Source: Candidatus Nealsonbacteria bacterium | GTDB taxonomy: Bacteria; Patescibacteriota; Minisyncoccia; Minisyncoccales; PWPS01 | NCBI GenBank assembly: GCA_003557645.1 | Contig: PWNV01000015.1 | Location: 1 to 34,636, forward strand | Length of the DNA stretch: 34,636 nt | Reading direction: 5' to 3' | Part shown: positions 34,257 to 34,636 of the stretch, piece by piece | Numbering within the stretch: position 1 is the stretch's first letter | Layout of the letters: every line of letters begins with the position of its first letter | Notes under the pieces: generated by a model | Told to the model about the DNA's origin: nothing | Database searches by the model: none | What the model saw: the letters and a program-made list of their open reading frames with translations, nothing else | Position numbers and translations under genes: made by a program

Positions 34257-34636
34257 CTATTTACATTCCGCTCCGCTTATAGTAAGTAGGGCTGGGTTCC
34301 ACACCCAGTGCCATGTGGCTTGATTGCAGCTACTCATATCAGCATGTTCACTGCCGTGACCATCCCATGTGATGGTCTTTTTGTTGCTGGCAGTTGCTGA
34401 TTCTACAACTGCTCCGTGATGAGTAACGTAGAAATGGATTGTTCCATTTTTTTTCTCACCACAGGTTACGGTTTGACTACCATCTTCGTAGTTAACAGTT
34501 ATTTCATAGCATTTCTCTACAGGATCTTTTTCAAAGTGTGCTACTAAGTGACGGTCTTCGGTAACGGTGAAACTGTAGTTTCTGTTAGTTGAGACCGTTG
34601 AGCCACCTTCCGTCCACTTGACAAAGCTCCATCCAC
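34257..34636 (-). CDS. C-terminal fragment of a secreted repeat protein (InlB-B-repeat-like unit plus Cys-containing terminal domain); start lies beyond the window
   Basis: My hand translation of the minus strand gives an open frame from the window edge to TAG at 34259-34257: GWSFVKWTEGGSTVSTNRNYSFTVTEDRHLVAHFEKD...TWHWVWNPALLTISGAECK. It is absent from the ORF track because it has no in-window Met start. Confidence 0.6.
   Translation of the reverse strand, partial: GWSFVKWTEGGSTVSTNRNYSFTVTEDRHLVAHFEKDPVEKCYEITVNYEDGSQTVTCGEKKNGTIHFYVTHHGAVVESATASNKKTITWDGHGSEHADMSSCNQATWHWVWNPALLTISGAECK

Noticed and set aside
1-34636. CRISPR arrays, IS elements, integrases, prophage blocks, DGR (TR/VR plus reverse transcriptase), toxin-antitoxin pairs, and UGA recoding.
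   Set aside because: I saw no direct-repeat/spacer pattern, transposase, recombinase or RT-like ORF. ORFs terminate normally at TGA (for example 3168, 21936, 22862), so the standard code applies. Repeat detection by eye is limited, and a self-dot-plot would be needed to exclude short dispersed repeats.

Overview
This is a 34.6 kb window of AT-rich, tightly packed bacterial DNA, almost all coding, using the standard genetic code (TGA, TAA and TAG all act as stops). Gene content and style suggest a small-genome, probably uncultivated CPR/Patescibacteria-like lineage. That placement is inference only.

Genes in order:
- 3' end of an FN3/PKD surface protein
- cold-shock protein and RNase R
- complete A/V-type ATPase operon (G/H-like, I, K, E, C, F, A, B, D), followed after a 3-nt gap by a DUF389 membrane protein
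- tgt
- three small secreted or membrane-anchored hypotheticals; one is a G+C-rich, Cys-rich, tail-fibre-like protein
- topA and pth on the minus strand
- lepB, hisS, a HIT protein, rpsU, ybeY, ftsA, ftsZ
- class III anaerobic ribonucleotide reductase locus (nrdD, a small glycyl-radical ORF, nrdG)
- a short comEC
- a YknXYZ/MacAB-like tripartite ABC exporter
- dgkA and htrA
- a hypothetical membrane protein
- the 3' end of a minus-strand repeat protein that the ORF track misses

No rRNA, tRNA, CRISPR array, transposase or integrase was seen.

Most interesting observations:
1. nrdD carries an apparently intact 318-aa LAGLIDADG intein.
2. The glycyl-radical module of nrdD is a separate 100-aa ORF in the -1 frame, just after an A7 run, and it has an extra CxxC..CxxC module.
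3. The pth-topA spacer holds a G+C-rich, roughly 180-nt structured element behind a consensus TTGACA-16-TATAAT promoter and is not followed by a gene, so it is a candidate orphan sRNA.
4. FtsZ ends at the globular core, with no linker or C-terminal FtsA-binding peptide.
5. The ATPase K subunit keeps the full Enterococcus-type Na+-binding signature.
6. Start codons generally lack Shine-Dalgarno motifs, and several operon-first genes have leaderless promoter geometry.
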